Source of the DNA: an uncultured virus (IMG/VR IMGVR_UViG_3300031420_000005)
Lineage: Duplodnaviria; Heunggongvirae; Uroviricota; Caudoviricetes
Reading direction: 5' to 3' (one strand)
Length of the DNA stretch: 64,000 bases
Virus record (IMG/VR): IMGVR_UViG_3300031420_000005
The translations under genes and the position numbers were made by a program. Position 1 is the stretch's first letter, and every line of letters begins with the position of its first letter. The notes beneath the pieces are model-generated. The model saw only the letters and a list, made by a program, of their open reading frames with translations, did not search any database and was not told the DNA's origin. Shown here piece by piece: positions 38,676 to 47,718 of this stretch.

Positions 38676-39245
38676 ATGACCACAGAGCCCTGGAAGACAG
38701 AGACCCGGCGAGAGATTCCCGAGGGGACCTACTCGATCTCCCTGACGGGCCACCGGCCTGCAGCCCTCGACGGCTACGATCTGTCGACCCCTTTCTACAG
38801 GAAGCTCGAGGCTGGACTCCATCGCATCGTCGAGCGTGCCCTGGAGCGCTATGGGGCAGTACAGCTCCACTCGGGTATGGCTCTGGGAGCCGACACCGTC
38901 TGGTCTAAGGCTGCCCTACGGCTTCGCGATGAGCACCCCGATGAGGTCTTCTTCGTCGCGGAGGTGCCAGTCCTGACGCAGCCCGACCGCTGGGTGGGCA
39001 CGAAGGACAAGAAACTCTGGCAGGACCATGTGGACAGTGCGGACATGCTGCGAGTCTACGGAGAGTCCTACTCGGTGGGCTTCCTCCATGCTCGGAACCA
39101 AGGCATGATCGAGGCGGCGGATCTCCTCCTCGCCGTCTGGAACGGATCCAATAGCGGTGGCACCGCGGGCGCCGTGCGCTACGCTGAGAAGATCGGAAAG
39201 CGAACCCATCGCATCGATCCCGACGAACTCAAAGCTAGGGTCTGA
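38676..39245 (+). CDS. YspA/DUF1273-like SLOG-superfamily nucleotide-binding protein
   Basis: TGHRP...SGMALGAD...ARNQGMIE.AD.LLAVWNG...GGT...VRYA. Confidence 0.85.
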   Translation: MTTEPWKTETRREIPEGTYSISLTGHRPAALDGYDLSTPFYRKLEAGLHRIVERALERYGAVQLHSGMALGADTVWSKAALRLRDEHPDEVFFVAEVPVLTQPDRWVGTKDKKLWQDHVDSADMLRVYGESYSVGFLHARNQGMIEAADLLLAVWNGSNSGGTAGAVRYAEKIGKRTHRIDPDELKARV

Positions 39246-39254
39246 GAACAGCTC

Positions 39255-39674
39255 CTAGCGCCGCTGAGTGGCAACTCCGCTGTCCTCTTCGACCTCATCC
39301 CAGCCGAAGATCTTGCCGATACCGAGGATGAAGACTGCACCCGTGGGGATGAGGAGCCAGGCCAGTCCCGGAAAGAACAGTGACCCACCGATGAGCAGCG
39401 CGACGATGGCCGCAGCCGACTGAATCGAAGCCACGACGACACTGGCGAACTCCAGGTGGGGCTCGACGGACTTCCGCTTAGAGTTGGATCGGGGGAATCC
39501 CAAAACGAGCAACAGCAGCGATCCAGCGAACATCCCTAGGCCGATGAGCACAAGGATGCCCGGCCGGCCGTCGTAGATGTCATAGGTCTCACGGACCGAA
39601 GCGTGGTAGATCGAGAACAGGATCAGCATGATCCCGAGTGTCGTGCCGGAGAAGCCGTAGATGGTGCTACGCAT
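39255..39674 (-). CDS. multi-pass membrane protein
   Basis: Four hydrophobic segments; TTGCGC promoter with ACACCAC leader. Confidence 0.75.
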   Translation of the reverse strand: MRSTIYGFSGTTLGIMLILFSIYHASVRETYDIYDGRPGILVLIGLGMFAGSLLLLVLGFPRSNSKRKSVEPHLEFASVVVASIQSAAAIVALLIGGSLFFPGLAWLLIPTGAVFILGIGKIFGWDEVEEDSGVATQRR

Positions 39675-39756
39675 GGGGGCGTACTCCTAAGTTTCAAGCA
39701 GTAGTGTGGTGTGGAACCAACCTACACCGGAAACCCAATCAGCGCAACGGGTAGCG

Positions 39757-39975
39757 CTAGCGATCTTCACGAAGGCTGCTGCGGAGACTCCTACCGGCTG
39801 CCTCCACCGCTGCGCCGATGCCGAGAACGATGAGAGCCATGGCGATGAGCACGAAGGCTGAGGCTACGGCAGTCAGGGCGAGGAAGATTCCGTAGATCAG
39901 GAGAGCTGCTCCCAGGATGAGCACAGTTGTGGCCGTTCCCGTGAGGCGCCACTTGGGCTGTCGGTTACTAGCCAT
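39757..39975 (-). CDS. small 2-TM membrane protein
   Basis: AGGAG RBS; hydrophobic. Confidence 0.7.
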   Translation of the reverse strand: MASNRQPKWRLTGTATTVLILGAALLIYGIFLALTAVASAFVLIAMALIVLGIGAAVEAAGRSLRSSLREDR

Positions 39976-40002
39976 GGGAATCTCCTGAATCCTTGAAGTG
40001 TG

Positions 40003-40110
40003 ACCGATCCGGCGACGAGGCTGAGTCCAAACATCCCAGCTGGGGAGGCGCGCCCGACGCAGCCAGCGCGCTCAGCCTCGTTCCTACCTGCCGCTTCGGG
40101 CCGGATCGGT
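40003..40110 (-). ncRNA. structured 3'-flank element, copy 1
   Basis: Homologous to 41304-41398 and 45972-46064; covarying stems. Confidence 0.6.
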
Positions 40111-40141
40111 GGTCTCTGTGTAGTTGATCGTACCGCAGTCC

Positions 40142-40834
40142 CTAGACCTGCGCCGGAGCGAACTGAGTCCAGAACTTCGGCACGAAGATCGGGGTCGCGG
40201 CTCCCATCCGGCGGCCGATCCCCGGAGCGGTGTTGGTGGAGACCTGCTCCCACTCGACGATGGAGGTCCAGTCGCCGTTGACCTCACCCACGGTCCAGAT
40301 CGCTCCACCGAGCCGATCACCGTCGAGGCGGATCTGGACCTGCAGTCCCTCGGTCACCCGCGGATAGGCCGGCACGAAGTGGTTCCAGAAGTCGCTGAGG
40401 AAGATCGGGGTCACGCCGTACATGCGCTGGCGGATCCGCTCGTTCTCCCACTCTGCGATGAGTGCCCAGCCCTCCTGGCGCTTGGTGCTGGGAATGGCGT
40501 CCTTCACCGTGAGAAGCTCATCCTGGATCTTCCCATCGATGATCCGGTAGACCTTGAGCCCTTCGCTGATCTCCGGCGCGGGCTCGAAGTCGTTCCAGAG
40601 GTCCTTGAGATGGATCACGGATCGGAGGTGCTTCGGGTTGAGCTCCAGCTCTTCCTCGACGATGATCGTCCAAGGGCCGCTGAGCTTGCCGCCGGGGAGG
40701 GTCTTTCCCAGGGTGACGACAGGTGAGACGCCGTCTGCGTTGGAGGTGATCCTGCGGACCTTGAGGCCCTCGATGATCTCTGGGTAGCCCGGCTGGGAGA
40801 TCTCCGGAGCGCTGATGGTCTGTGTGGTGTCCAT
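40142..40834 (-). CDS. protein of three tandem ~70-aa SH3/Tudor-like repeats
   Basis: P.I.EGL.V...W..I.E.E...I.L...W..F.PA repeated three times. Confidence 0.8.
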   Translation of the reverse strand: MDTTQTISAPEISQPGYPEIIEGLKVRRITSNADGVSPVVTLGKTLPGGKLSGPWTIIVEEELELNPKHLRSVIHLKDLWNDFEPAPEISEGLKVYRIIDGKIQDELLTVKDAIPSTKRQEGWALIAEWENERIRQRMYGVTPIFLSDFWNHFVPAYPRVTEGLQVQIRLDGDRLGGAIWTVGEVNGDWTSIVEWEQVSTNTAPGIGRRMGAATPIFVPKFWTQFAPAQV

Positions 40835-40863
40835 GGGGCAATCGTACATCATGGACTACGAGG

Positions 40864-41235
40864 TCACAACCGCCTGCGACGCTCCTCGTCCCTGTTCGCT
40901 GAGTTGATGATGTAGATGGCTCCGATCACCGCAAGCGTGAGAAGAGATCCGCCGATCAGGAACACGAGAGCAAGGCCCCGATCAAGGAACATGAGGACGC
41001 CACCCAGGACTAGGAGCGAAATCCCCGAGGAGAGGAAAACCTGAGCGAAGGTTCCGTAGCGCTCCCGGAACCCCTGCCGACGCTTAGGGCTAGTCGCCGG
41101 TTCATCGGCGGCCAGCTCAAGGGCTCGCCTACGAAGCCAGGCCTTGCGCTCGTCGGAAACGGGTCTGGAGTTGGCTCCCAGGGAAATCGCCTGTGAACGG
41201 AGCCACTCACGGCGTCGAGGATCGGTAGCGTGCAT
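40864..41235 (-). CDS. membrane protein with duplicated R.WLR..A..L N-terminal motif
   Basis: TTGTGG-17-TACGAT promoter; two C-terminal TM helices. Confidence 0.75.
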   Translation of the reverse strand: MHATDPRRREWLRSQAISLGANSRPVSDERKAWLRRRALELAADEPATSPKRRQGFRERYGTFAQVFLSSGISLLVLGGVLMFLDRGLALVFLIGGSLLTLAVIGAIYIINSANRDEERRRRL

Positions 41236-41303
41236 GGGTCAATCGTACACCCTAGACCTCATTGCCACAACACTACGGCCCTCGAGATCAGCACCTTCGT
41301 AGG

Positions 41304-41398
41304 ACCGATCCGGCGACTGGGTCGAGGCAAACACGGTGCGCCCAGCCAGGCCAGCGCAATCGACTCAGTTCTCACCTGCCTGTTCAGGCCGGATCGGT
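41304..41398 (-). ncRNA. structured 3'-flank element, copy 2
   Basis: See copy 1. Confidence 0.6.
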
Positions 41399-41414
41399 GG
41401 TCTTGGGCTGGAGC

Positions 41415-41804
41415 TCAGCCCAGCATCACCAGGGGAAGGAGCTTCTCGGTGAGCTCCAGGGTGCGTTCCGGAGCGAGGCCGATGAGGTCCCAGTAGAAGC
41501 TCACCGGGAGCTCCGGGTGGTTGCCGCTCCAGGCCACCAGGGTCTCGACGAGCTCATCCACGATCTCGTTGGTGATCCCGTCGATGTCCTCGATGACCAC
41601 GACGGTGGGGCGCCGCACGGCATCGATGTTGAACTCGAGGCTGCCATTCTCGATGAAGTCGAAGCTGCTGGACTTGCCGGTGAGCTCGAGCGCATCCGAA
41701 GCGAAGCGTGCGATGAGCCGGGAGTCCTTGGCGAGGGCTCCCTCCTGGATGTCGTTGAGGAGACCTTGTCCCCGGGCGCCGATGATCAGTGCGTGAGTGG
41801 TCAT
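41415..41804 (-). CDS. hypothetical protein
   Basis: TTGCGG-17-TAGGAT leaderless promoter. Confidence 0.8.
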   Translation of the reverse strand: MTTHALIIGARGQGLLNDIQEGALAKDSRLIARFASDALELTGKSSSFDFIENGSLEFNIDAVRRPTVVVIEDIDGITNEIVDELVETLVAWSGNHPELPVSFYWDLIGLAPERTLELTEKLLPLVMLG

Positions 41805-41842
41805 GGGAGGATCCTATCCTACTCGCAGAGATTCCGCAACGC

Positions 41843-42109
41843 TCAGAGAGCGAAGGCCTCGATGCGCTCCAGCGCCGCTCGGCCTCGCTCACCCTGGGTG
41901 ACCTCAGCGCGAACCTCGGCGTAGGCCTCCTCCACGGAGAGGCCTCGCTTCGTGCCCTTGCTGGTGCCCTCGAGGATCGAGTTGCAGGTCACGATGGTCA
42001 CATAGGCCTCGCCGAGCTCGTCCGGGTTCATCTGCTTCCGGGGCTTCGGGAACTTCGTGGCCTTCTTGGTCATGGCGACGATCTCTGCGGCGGTCTGCGG
42101 CTTGAACAT
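41843..42109 (-). CDS. hypothetical protein (MFKPQTAAE...)
   Basis: TTGCGC promoter, ACACCAC leader, AGGA RBS. Confidence 0.75.
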   Translation of the reverse strand: MFKPQTAAEIVAMTKKATKFPKPRKQMNPDELGEAYVTIVTCNSILEGTSKGTKRGLSVEEAYAEVRAEVTQGERGRAALERIEAFAL

Positions 42110-42208
42110 GGGAAGCTCTTTCCTGCTCAGCGCTCCCATCGGATGAGGAGGGAGCGAAGTTCGTGGTGTGAGATTCACTGTACACGGCCGAGCGCAGCCG
42201 CGCAACGG

Positions 42209-42523
42209 TCAGCCGATGCGACCTTCAGCGACCATGAGCTCCTCGAGCTCACCATTGATGGCGATGCACTCCTCGATGGAGACGATCTCGTGGCCTTCCC
42301 GGATGCCCAGCATGGCCCGGCTCACCGGTTCGCCGCTGTGATCTCGACGGAGGTAGAGGCTGACCTCATTGTGAAGGTCGAGGTAGCGAGCCAGCGTGGG
42401 ACCGCTAAACACCGGATCTTCGAGTCCGTCTCGGAAGAGATCCCGGCGCTGGAGGACCTCGAGGACCTGAGGAACGATGGAGTCTTCGGCCATGGGCTTC
42501 GCTACCTGGGAATCTGCACTCAT
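42209..42523 (-). CDS. hypothetical protein (MSADSQV...)
   Basis: TTGCGG-17-TAGCAT leaderless promoter. Confidence 0.7.
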   Translation of the reverse strand: MSADSQVAKPMAEDSIVPQVLEVLQRRDLFRDGLEDPVFSGPTLARYLDLHNEVSLYLRRDHSGEPVSRAMLGIREGHEIVSIEECIAINGELEELMVAEGRIG

Positions 42524-42625
42524 AGGTCCAATGCTACATGGATCGACGGGTCCCCGCAACCGTGTTAGGATCGGAACTGACGGTCTTCCGAGCGGAGGGC
42601 CCAACCTACAGAAAGTGAGAGAGCC

Positions 42626-43471
42626 ATGGGCTCAGTTTCAGACAGTTTCAGCAGCCTTCCAGGGGCTCCGGCCGGTGCCGATTCGCAGGCCGAAGGTCGC
42701 CCGGACTTCCTCAGCGGCGAGAAGTTCAAGGAGGCCGAAGAGGCGCTCCAGGGAAGCCTCTCGGGCGCTCCCTTCGCCGCACTCCGAGTCGACGGCAAGG
42801 GCTTCTCTCGGTTCACCCGGCAGATGGGCTACGCCTTTCCCTACGACGAGGGCTTCATGGGCTCCATGGACGCCATTGCCGTGGCGCTACTCAACAGCGT
42901 AGACGGAGCCTACTTCGCCTACTCCCAGTCCGACGAGGTCTCCCTGGTCTTCGGTCCCACTGGCTCCCAGGAGGACCCCCACTGGTGGTTCGGTGGCAAG
43001 ACCTCCAAGGTGATCTCCCTGTCGGCAGCGGTTGCGAGCATGGCCTTCTTCCGGGCAGAGGCAGCTCGAGGTGTGAAGCTCGTCTCAGACGCGCTCTTCG
43101 ACTCCCGGGTGATCTCACTGCAGTCAACGCAGGAGGCTGAGGAGTACCTCCGCTGGAGGCGCTTCGACGCCCAGAAGAACAGCGTCACCATGGCCGCAAG
43201 CTCCCGCCACAGCCACTCTGAGCTCATGGGTGTGAGCAGCCGCCAGCGAGCTGAGCTCCTCGAGGGTAGCGAGCTCGAACGGCTCCCCGAGGGCTTCTAC
43301 AACGGCCGGCTCACCTTCAAGGCTGCCTACCAGGATCTCGTCTGGGACAGCTGGGCTCAGAAAGACAGCCCGGTGGAGCGCAAGCGCCCCGTCACCGTCC
43401 CCGCAACCCGGGATGTCATGGAAACCGTGCTTCCTGTGGTGCTCCGGGATCGGATCTACCGGGAACAGTGA
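42626..43471 (+). CDS. thg1: tRNA(His) guanylyltransferase Thg1-like protein (3'-5' polymerase)
   Basis: RVDGKGFSRFT...PYD...AYSQSDEVSL...FGGK..K...FDSR...YLRWR..DA.KNS. Confidence 0.92.
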   Translation: MGSVSDSFSSLPGAPAGADSQAEGRPDFLSGEKFKEAEEALQGSLSGAPFAALRVDGKGFSRFTRQMGYAFPYDEGFMGSMDAIAVALLNSVDGAYFAYSQSDEVSLVFGPTGSQEDPHWWFGGKTSKVISLSAAVASMAFFRAEAARGVKLVSDALFDSRVISLQSTQEAEEYLRWRRFDAQKNSVTMAASSRHSHSELMGVSSRQRAELLEGSELERLPEGFYNGRLTFKAAYQDLVWDSWAQKDSPVERKRPVTVPATRDVMETVLPVVLRDRIYREQ

Positions 43472-43920
43472 GGCGCTCGATATGTTCGTTAGCTTCTGCT
43501 TCGAGAGCAGAACACGACGGAAGAGAACATAGATGTCCAATCCAAACTTTCATTATGTCCGACAGCAAAAAGGACACAGTATCATTCTACATTCCTGCCT
43601 AGTCTTCGTGGTAATCGGAATGTTCACCATTCCCTACTACTCGCTTAGCAAGGCTCACTACTGGCACGCTTGAATCGGTGCAAAGCATAAGGATCTCGGT
43701 CAATCAGATCGAGATCCTTATGCTTTGTAAGGGGTCTAATAGCTTCATCGAATCTGTGAAATCGCTTCCAGCAGAGTGGTTGAACTCACATGGAGAACGC
43801 GATACTCTAGCCATAGCGCTTCTCGGAGCGCCAGGATCGAGATCCGCGGGGATCTCACCGTCGATCCCCTGGGCCTCCACCGATAGTAGGCCCAAGGACA
43901 CCACCAGGAGGAATCTTCCC

Positions 43921-45249
43921 ATGGCACAGACAAACAGGAACAGGCGCAGGCTCACGGTCGCCCTCGTGGCCACGCCCCTGATCCTCGGTGCGGTCGGCCT
44001 CACGGCCCTGCGAGCACCCGGAGCAACGGTGGAGGGCTACGGCTCGACCCCGGGGATCTCCGGAGAGGCTCCAGGCCAGGACTTCGCCGCCGCGCTCAAG
44101 GGCTTCCCCGTGAAGATCGGCGGGGAGTCCTTCACCGCCAGTGAGCTCGGCGTCAGGGCCGAGAAGATCCCCACGGTGCCCCGGGCCTGGTCCTTCGGAG
44201 ACTGGAACAGGGACTACGATGTGGTCCTCAAGGGCAGCAGCGACCGCCAGGACGCAGCGCTGTCGAAGATCAAGGGTCACAACGCTCCCGTGGATGCAAC
44301 TGTCTCCTACGACGGATCCTGGAAGGCCGTTCCCAGCCAGGCCGGCGTGAGGCTGGCTGCCGATCTTACCGCAGAGCTCACCAAGGCCATCGACAGCGGC
44401 AAGAAGTCCCTGGAGCTCTCCCTGGAGGACACGGAGCCGAAGCTCTCCACCGAGGTCGCCCAGCAGGCTGCTGACAAGCTCAACGGAGCCTCCGTGGGAG
44501 TCTACGGTGGCTCCACTGAGCTCGCTCGCCTCGACAGCGCTGAGGTTGCTCAGCTCATCACCGTGGAGGCCGACGGGGATCACTTCGTGGCCAAGCCCAA
44601 GGCCGATGCCGTGAAGGAAGTCGCTGCTGGCTACGCCACGAGCCTCAAGAAGGACCGGGTGGACGGCGATGAGATCACCGATGACAGCGGCAAGGCGCTG
44701 AAGATCATCACCCCATCCCAGAGCGGATTCACTCCGGGCTCTGCCGACGAGATCGCCTCGAAGCTCTCCGAGAGCCTCTCGGGTGTCCTCGACAGCCCTG
44801 AGATCAAGCTGGAGGTTCCCGGCAAGGCAGACGCTGCGAAGCCCAAGACCATGAACCGCACGGCGGTGGTGGACAAGTCGGACCACTACAGCTACTTCTA
44901 CGAGAACGGCAAGGAAGTCAAGCGCATTCCCTCGGCCATCGGTAAGGCCGGCCACGACACGAAGAACGGCACCTTCAAGGTCTACGCTCAGCTCGCGAGC
45001 CAGAACATGGGATCCTGTACGCCGTCGGGTGCCTTCCGGCCGGGTGGATCCTTCGACTACTGCACTGCCAATGTGCCCTATGTGTCCTACTTCAACGGGG
45101 ACCAGGGCTTCCACGGAGCCTACTGGCACAACAACTTCGGCAACCCGACCTCCAACATGAGTCACGGCTGCGTGAACCTGCCTGTGGCCGATTCCCAGTG
45201 GGTCTACAGCTTCCTCCAGGTCGGTAGCACCGTCACCGTCCGGGACTGA
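43921..45249 (+). CDS. exported L,D-transpeptidase (YkuD domain) with N-terminal peptidoglycan-binding-like region
   Basis: Signal/TM segment; GFHGAYWHNNFG...SHGCVNL catalytic motif. Confidence 0.92.
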   Translation: MAQTNRNRRRLTVALVATPLILGAVGLTALRAPGATVEGYGSTPGISGEAPGQDFAAALKGFPVKIGGESFTASELGVRAEKIPTVPRAWSFGDWNRDYDVVLKGSSDRQDAALSKIKGHNAPVDATVSYDGSWKAVPSQAGVRLAADLTAELTKAIDSGKKSLELSLEDTEPKLSTEVAQQAADKLNGASVGVYGGSTELARLDSAEVAQLITVEADGDHFVAKPKADAVKEVAAGYATSLKKDRVDGDEITDDSGKALKIITPSQSGFTPGSADEIASKLSESLSGVLDSPEIKLEVPGKADAAKPKTMNRTAVVDKSDHYSYFYENGKEVKRIPSAIGKAGHDTKNGTFKVYAQLASQNMGSCTPSGAFRPGGSFDYCTANVPYVSYFNGDQGFHGAYWHNNFGNPTSNMSHGCVNLPVADSQWVYSFLQVGSTVTVRD

Positions 45250-45267
45250 TCCACTAGCCCCAACGAA

Positions 45268-45302
45268 AGAGGGAGAGCGGCCGAATGGCTACTCTCCCTC
45301 TT
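45268..45302. terminator. hairpin terminator after L,D-transpeptidase
   Basis: AGAGGGAGAG...CTCTCCCTCTT. Confidence 0.55.
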
Positions 45303-45347
45303 GTCGTGGGGTCGATCTCTGGTTCGGGCTGATCAGCCCGGTGGGCA

Positions 45348-45542
45348 TCAGTCCTTGATCTTCTCGATGATGACTCGGTCGTTCTCGCTGTCGATGAGCT
45401 GGACGACCTCGCCGGACTCAGCGAAAGCGTAGCTCTGCTCGAACCAGTCGAAGCGCGCGTCCTCTGCGAAGTCGCTGTCCTCGCCCACGAAGATGCCGTC
45501 GGTGGTGAAGACGCGGATGAGGAAGTTGTGATCGCTGTGCAT
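45348..45542 (-). CDS. small acidic protein (MHSDHNFL...)
   Basis: TTGCAC-17-TACAGT leaderless promoter. Confidence 0.7.
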   Translation of the reverse strand: MHSDHNFLIRVFTTDGIFVGEDSDFAEDARFDWFEQSYAFAESGEVVQLIDSENDRVIIEKIKD

Positions 45543-45649
45543 GGGGCCGACTGTACACGGTACTCTAGGCTCGTGCAACCCTAGGAGCCAACCGATAGTG
45601 ACTCGTGAGCTGGATCCCATCTCACAGCGAAGTGAAAGGTGGAACGACC

Positions 45650-45937
45650 ATGACAGAAGCACAGGTGATCTACGGCCGGGAGCAGGATGAGCCTGAGGAG
45701 TACCCCTACGCCCTGGTGCTGATCTCCCGGAAGGTCTGGGAGGCCAAGTCCGAATGGTTCGACAGCTACGCGGACAGCCACTTCGTGGGGATCTACGATG
45801 AGCTCATCGGTAAGTACGAGCTCGATCCGCTCATGGAGAACACGCTCTCTGCGGACAGTGAGGAGCACTTCGAGCAGGTGCTCAAGGCCTTCGAGGCTGA
45901 TCCTCGGCTCCAGTTCGTGGAGAACATCTACGGCTGA
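45650..45937 (+). CDS. hypothetical protein (MTEAQVIY...)
   Basis: GAAAGGTG RBS. Confidence 0.75.
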   Translation: MTEAQVIYGREQDEPEEYPYALVLISRKVWEAKSEWFDSYADSHFVGIYDELIGKYELDPLMENTLSADSEEHFEQVLKAFEADPRLQFVENIYG

Positions 45938-45971
45938 GCGTAGAGACTGCTCGATGCTCTAGGATCGGGTG

Positions 45972-46064
45972 AGTTCGGGGCCTGAACAGGCAGAGAAGAA
46001 CCGAGGCGAGAGCGCTGGCCTGGCTGGGCGCTCCAGATCCCCCTCGCTTTGGTCGCCCCGGACC
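45972..46064 (+). ncRNA. structured 3'-flank element, copy 3
   Basis: GGCCTGAACAGGCAG...GAAC...GCGCTGGCCTGGCTGGGCGC...GTCGCC, same core as copy 2. Confidence 0.6.
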
Positions 46065-46190
46065 TCCTTCACCGATGAGAGCAGGAGACGCTAGAGGCTG
46101 TTCTAAGATCACAGCAAGGGAGCCCGGAGGCATGATGCGTCTCCGGGCTCCTTCGTCGTCTACGGACAGTCTGTGGTCAGTGGACGGCGA

Positions 46191-46484
46191 TCAGGCAGCG
46201 ACCTCCGAGAGGATGTGCTTCTCGTAGAGCTTTGCGGCGACGAAGCCCGCGGCCAGCATGCCATTGAGGTCCACGGCCGGTGTGTGGCTCCACTCCTTGT
46301 AGAACTTGTCGAGCTCCCGGTCGAAGGTCTTGCGCGGGAGCTTGGAGAGCTCCGGGAACTCGCCGTCGAGGGCGTCGTAGACCGTGGCGGTGGTCTGAGG
46401 GTCGAAGGTCTTCTCGTCGTAGAAAGCGTCGATCTTGTCGGCTAGGCGGTTGATGCGAGCGTAGGTCTCGAAGAGCGAAGCCAT
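46191..46484 (-). CDS. hypothetical protein
   Basis: TTGCAT-17-TATGAT promoter, ACACCAC leader, AGGAG RBS. Confidence 0.8.
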   Translation of the reverse strand: MASLFETYARINRLADKIDAFYDEKTFDPQTTATVYDALDGEFPELSKLPRKTFDRELDKFYKEWSHTPAVDLNGMLAAGFVAAKLYEKHILSEVAA

Positions 46485-46630
46485 GGGGTTCTCCTGGAAG
46501 TTCGTGGTGTGGTGGAGCGTGGTGTGGCACGATCATATGCCTCCAGCTGGCCTTATGCAACCATCTGACAGAAAGAGGTCGAGCCCGGACTTCATGGATA
46601 GAAGTCCGGGCTCGAAGCTCACAGTTGAAC

Positions 46631-47098
46631 TCAGGTGTCGAGGAAGGTCACCAGGGTGGCCTCCCGGCCGTAGAGCGCCTCGAGACCCTCGAGGATGGCG
46701 AGGCCCTTCTCGGTGAGCTCATCCCGGGTGACCTGGAAGTAGCTGTCGAGGCGCTCCGAGTAGAGCGAAGCCTCCGTGGAGCCGAGGAGCACCACCGCGG
46801 AGTAGAGCTCCGGGAAGGGCTCTTCCTTGCCGCTGTTGCGGGCACGCTGATTCTCGATCTCGCTCTTGGTGATGCGCTCTGCCTCGGGGCCGTGGGCGGA
46901 GACCAGAACCTCCTTCATGTCGAGGGAGACCTCGGAGAGGAAGGAGGGTGCGCCCTGGCCGTAGTAGCCCCAGACAGCGTAGACCATGAGGCCGCCTTCG
47001 CCGGTACCCCGGTAGTCCGTGGCGTAGGAGTTGTCGTCCTCATCGTAGTAGGCAGGAGCGGGCCACTGAACGGTGGAGTCAAGGGTGTTGGTGTCCAT
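46631..47098 (-). CDS. hypothetical protein (MDTNTLDS...)
   Basis: TTGCGC-17-TACGGT leaderless promoter. Confidence 0.8.
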   Translation of the reverse strand: MDTNTLDSTVQWPAPAYYDEDDNSYATDYRGTGEGGLMVYAVWGYYGQGAPSFLSEVSLDMKEVLVSAHGPEAERITKSEIENQRARNSGKEEPFPELYSAVVLLGSTEASLYSERLDSYFQVTRDELTEKGLAILEGLEALYGREATLVTFLDT

Positions 47099-47140
47099 GG
47101 AGAAAACCGTACACCACGGAAGATCAGCGCGCAACCGATC

Positions 47141-47587
47141 CTACTTGCGGTCCTCTCGGGTGGCTTCTCGGAGGTAGTAGGCCTCGTGACCCTCGAGGAC
47201 GAGCATGGGATCGTAGCCATCGCTCAGTCTCTTGACCACCCGGAAGCGAGCGCTCCAGAGACTCTTCTCGAGGAGCACTTCGTCGCCCTCGGAAAGGCCG
47301 AAGCCCACATCGTAGGCAATGACAGCGATCCACTGTCCTTGCTGTGTGCGTTCGAACCTGTTCTGATGGGGATTGGATCCACGCTTCCCGTTGAAAAAGA
47401 CCGTGGTTCTGAGCTTACCGGAGGGCAGCACGCAGAACTCTCCAGGAGCTGCTCCACAGTGAGTACAGCTGAAGAGCCAGTAGGGACGATAGGCCCGTTC
47501 CCAGTGGGAATGGTCAAGGTCGTTGGGCAGCTCAGATCGAGGCCGCAGAAGCGGTTCGGGCTTAGACTTGATGATTACAGACTCCAT
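47141..47587 (-). CDS. zinc-finger protein (C..C.A.PG..C...H..R type)
   Basis: CTHCGAAPGEFC...PHQNR; TTGCGC-17-TAGGAT promoter. Confidence 0.75.
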   Translation of the reverse strand: MESVIIKSKPEPLLRPRSELPNDLDHSHWERAYRPYWLFSCTHCGAAPGEFCVLPSGKLRTTVFFNGKRGSNPHQNRFERTQQGQWIAVIAYDVGFGLSEGDEVLLEKSLWSARFRVVKRLSDGYDPMLVLEGHEAYYLREATREDRK

Positions 47588-47718
47588 AGATGAAATCCTA
47601 CATCACTTGAGGTTCACGCGCAACCATGATACAAAAGTGGTGCCGAAGTTACTGAATCTGTAACTTCGGCACCCTATTTGCACCGGACCTCTTCCGAGAT
47701 TCCGAAGCTGCTGTGAAT

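Noticed and set aside
40003..46064. Canonical hammerhead ribozyme call for the three-copy element (CUGA.., GAA, GUC around a junction)
   Set aside because: The CUGANGA core is not met (CUGAACA / CCGAAGC), there is no stem II and no GAAA; kept only as an unknown structured element.
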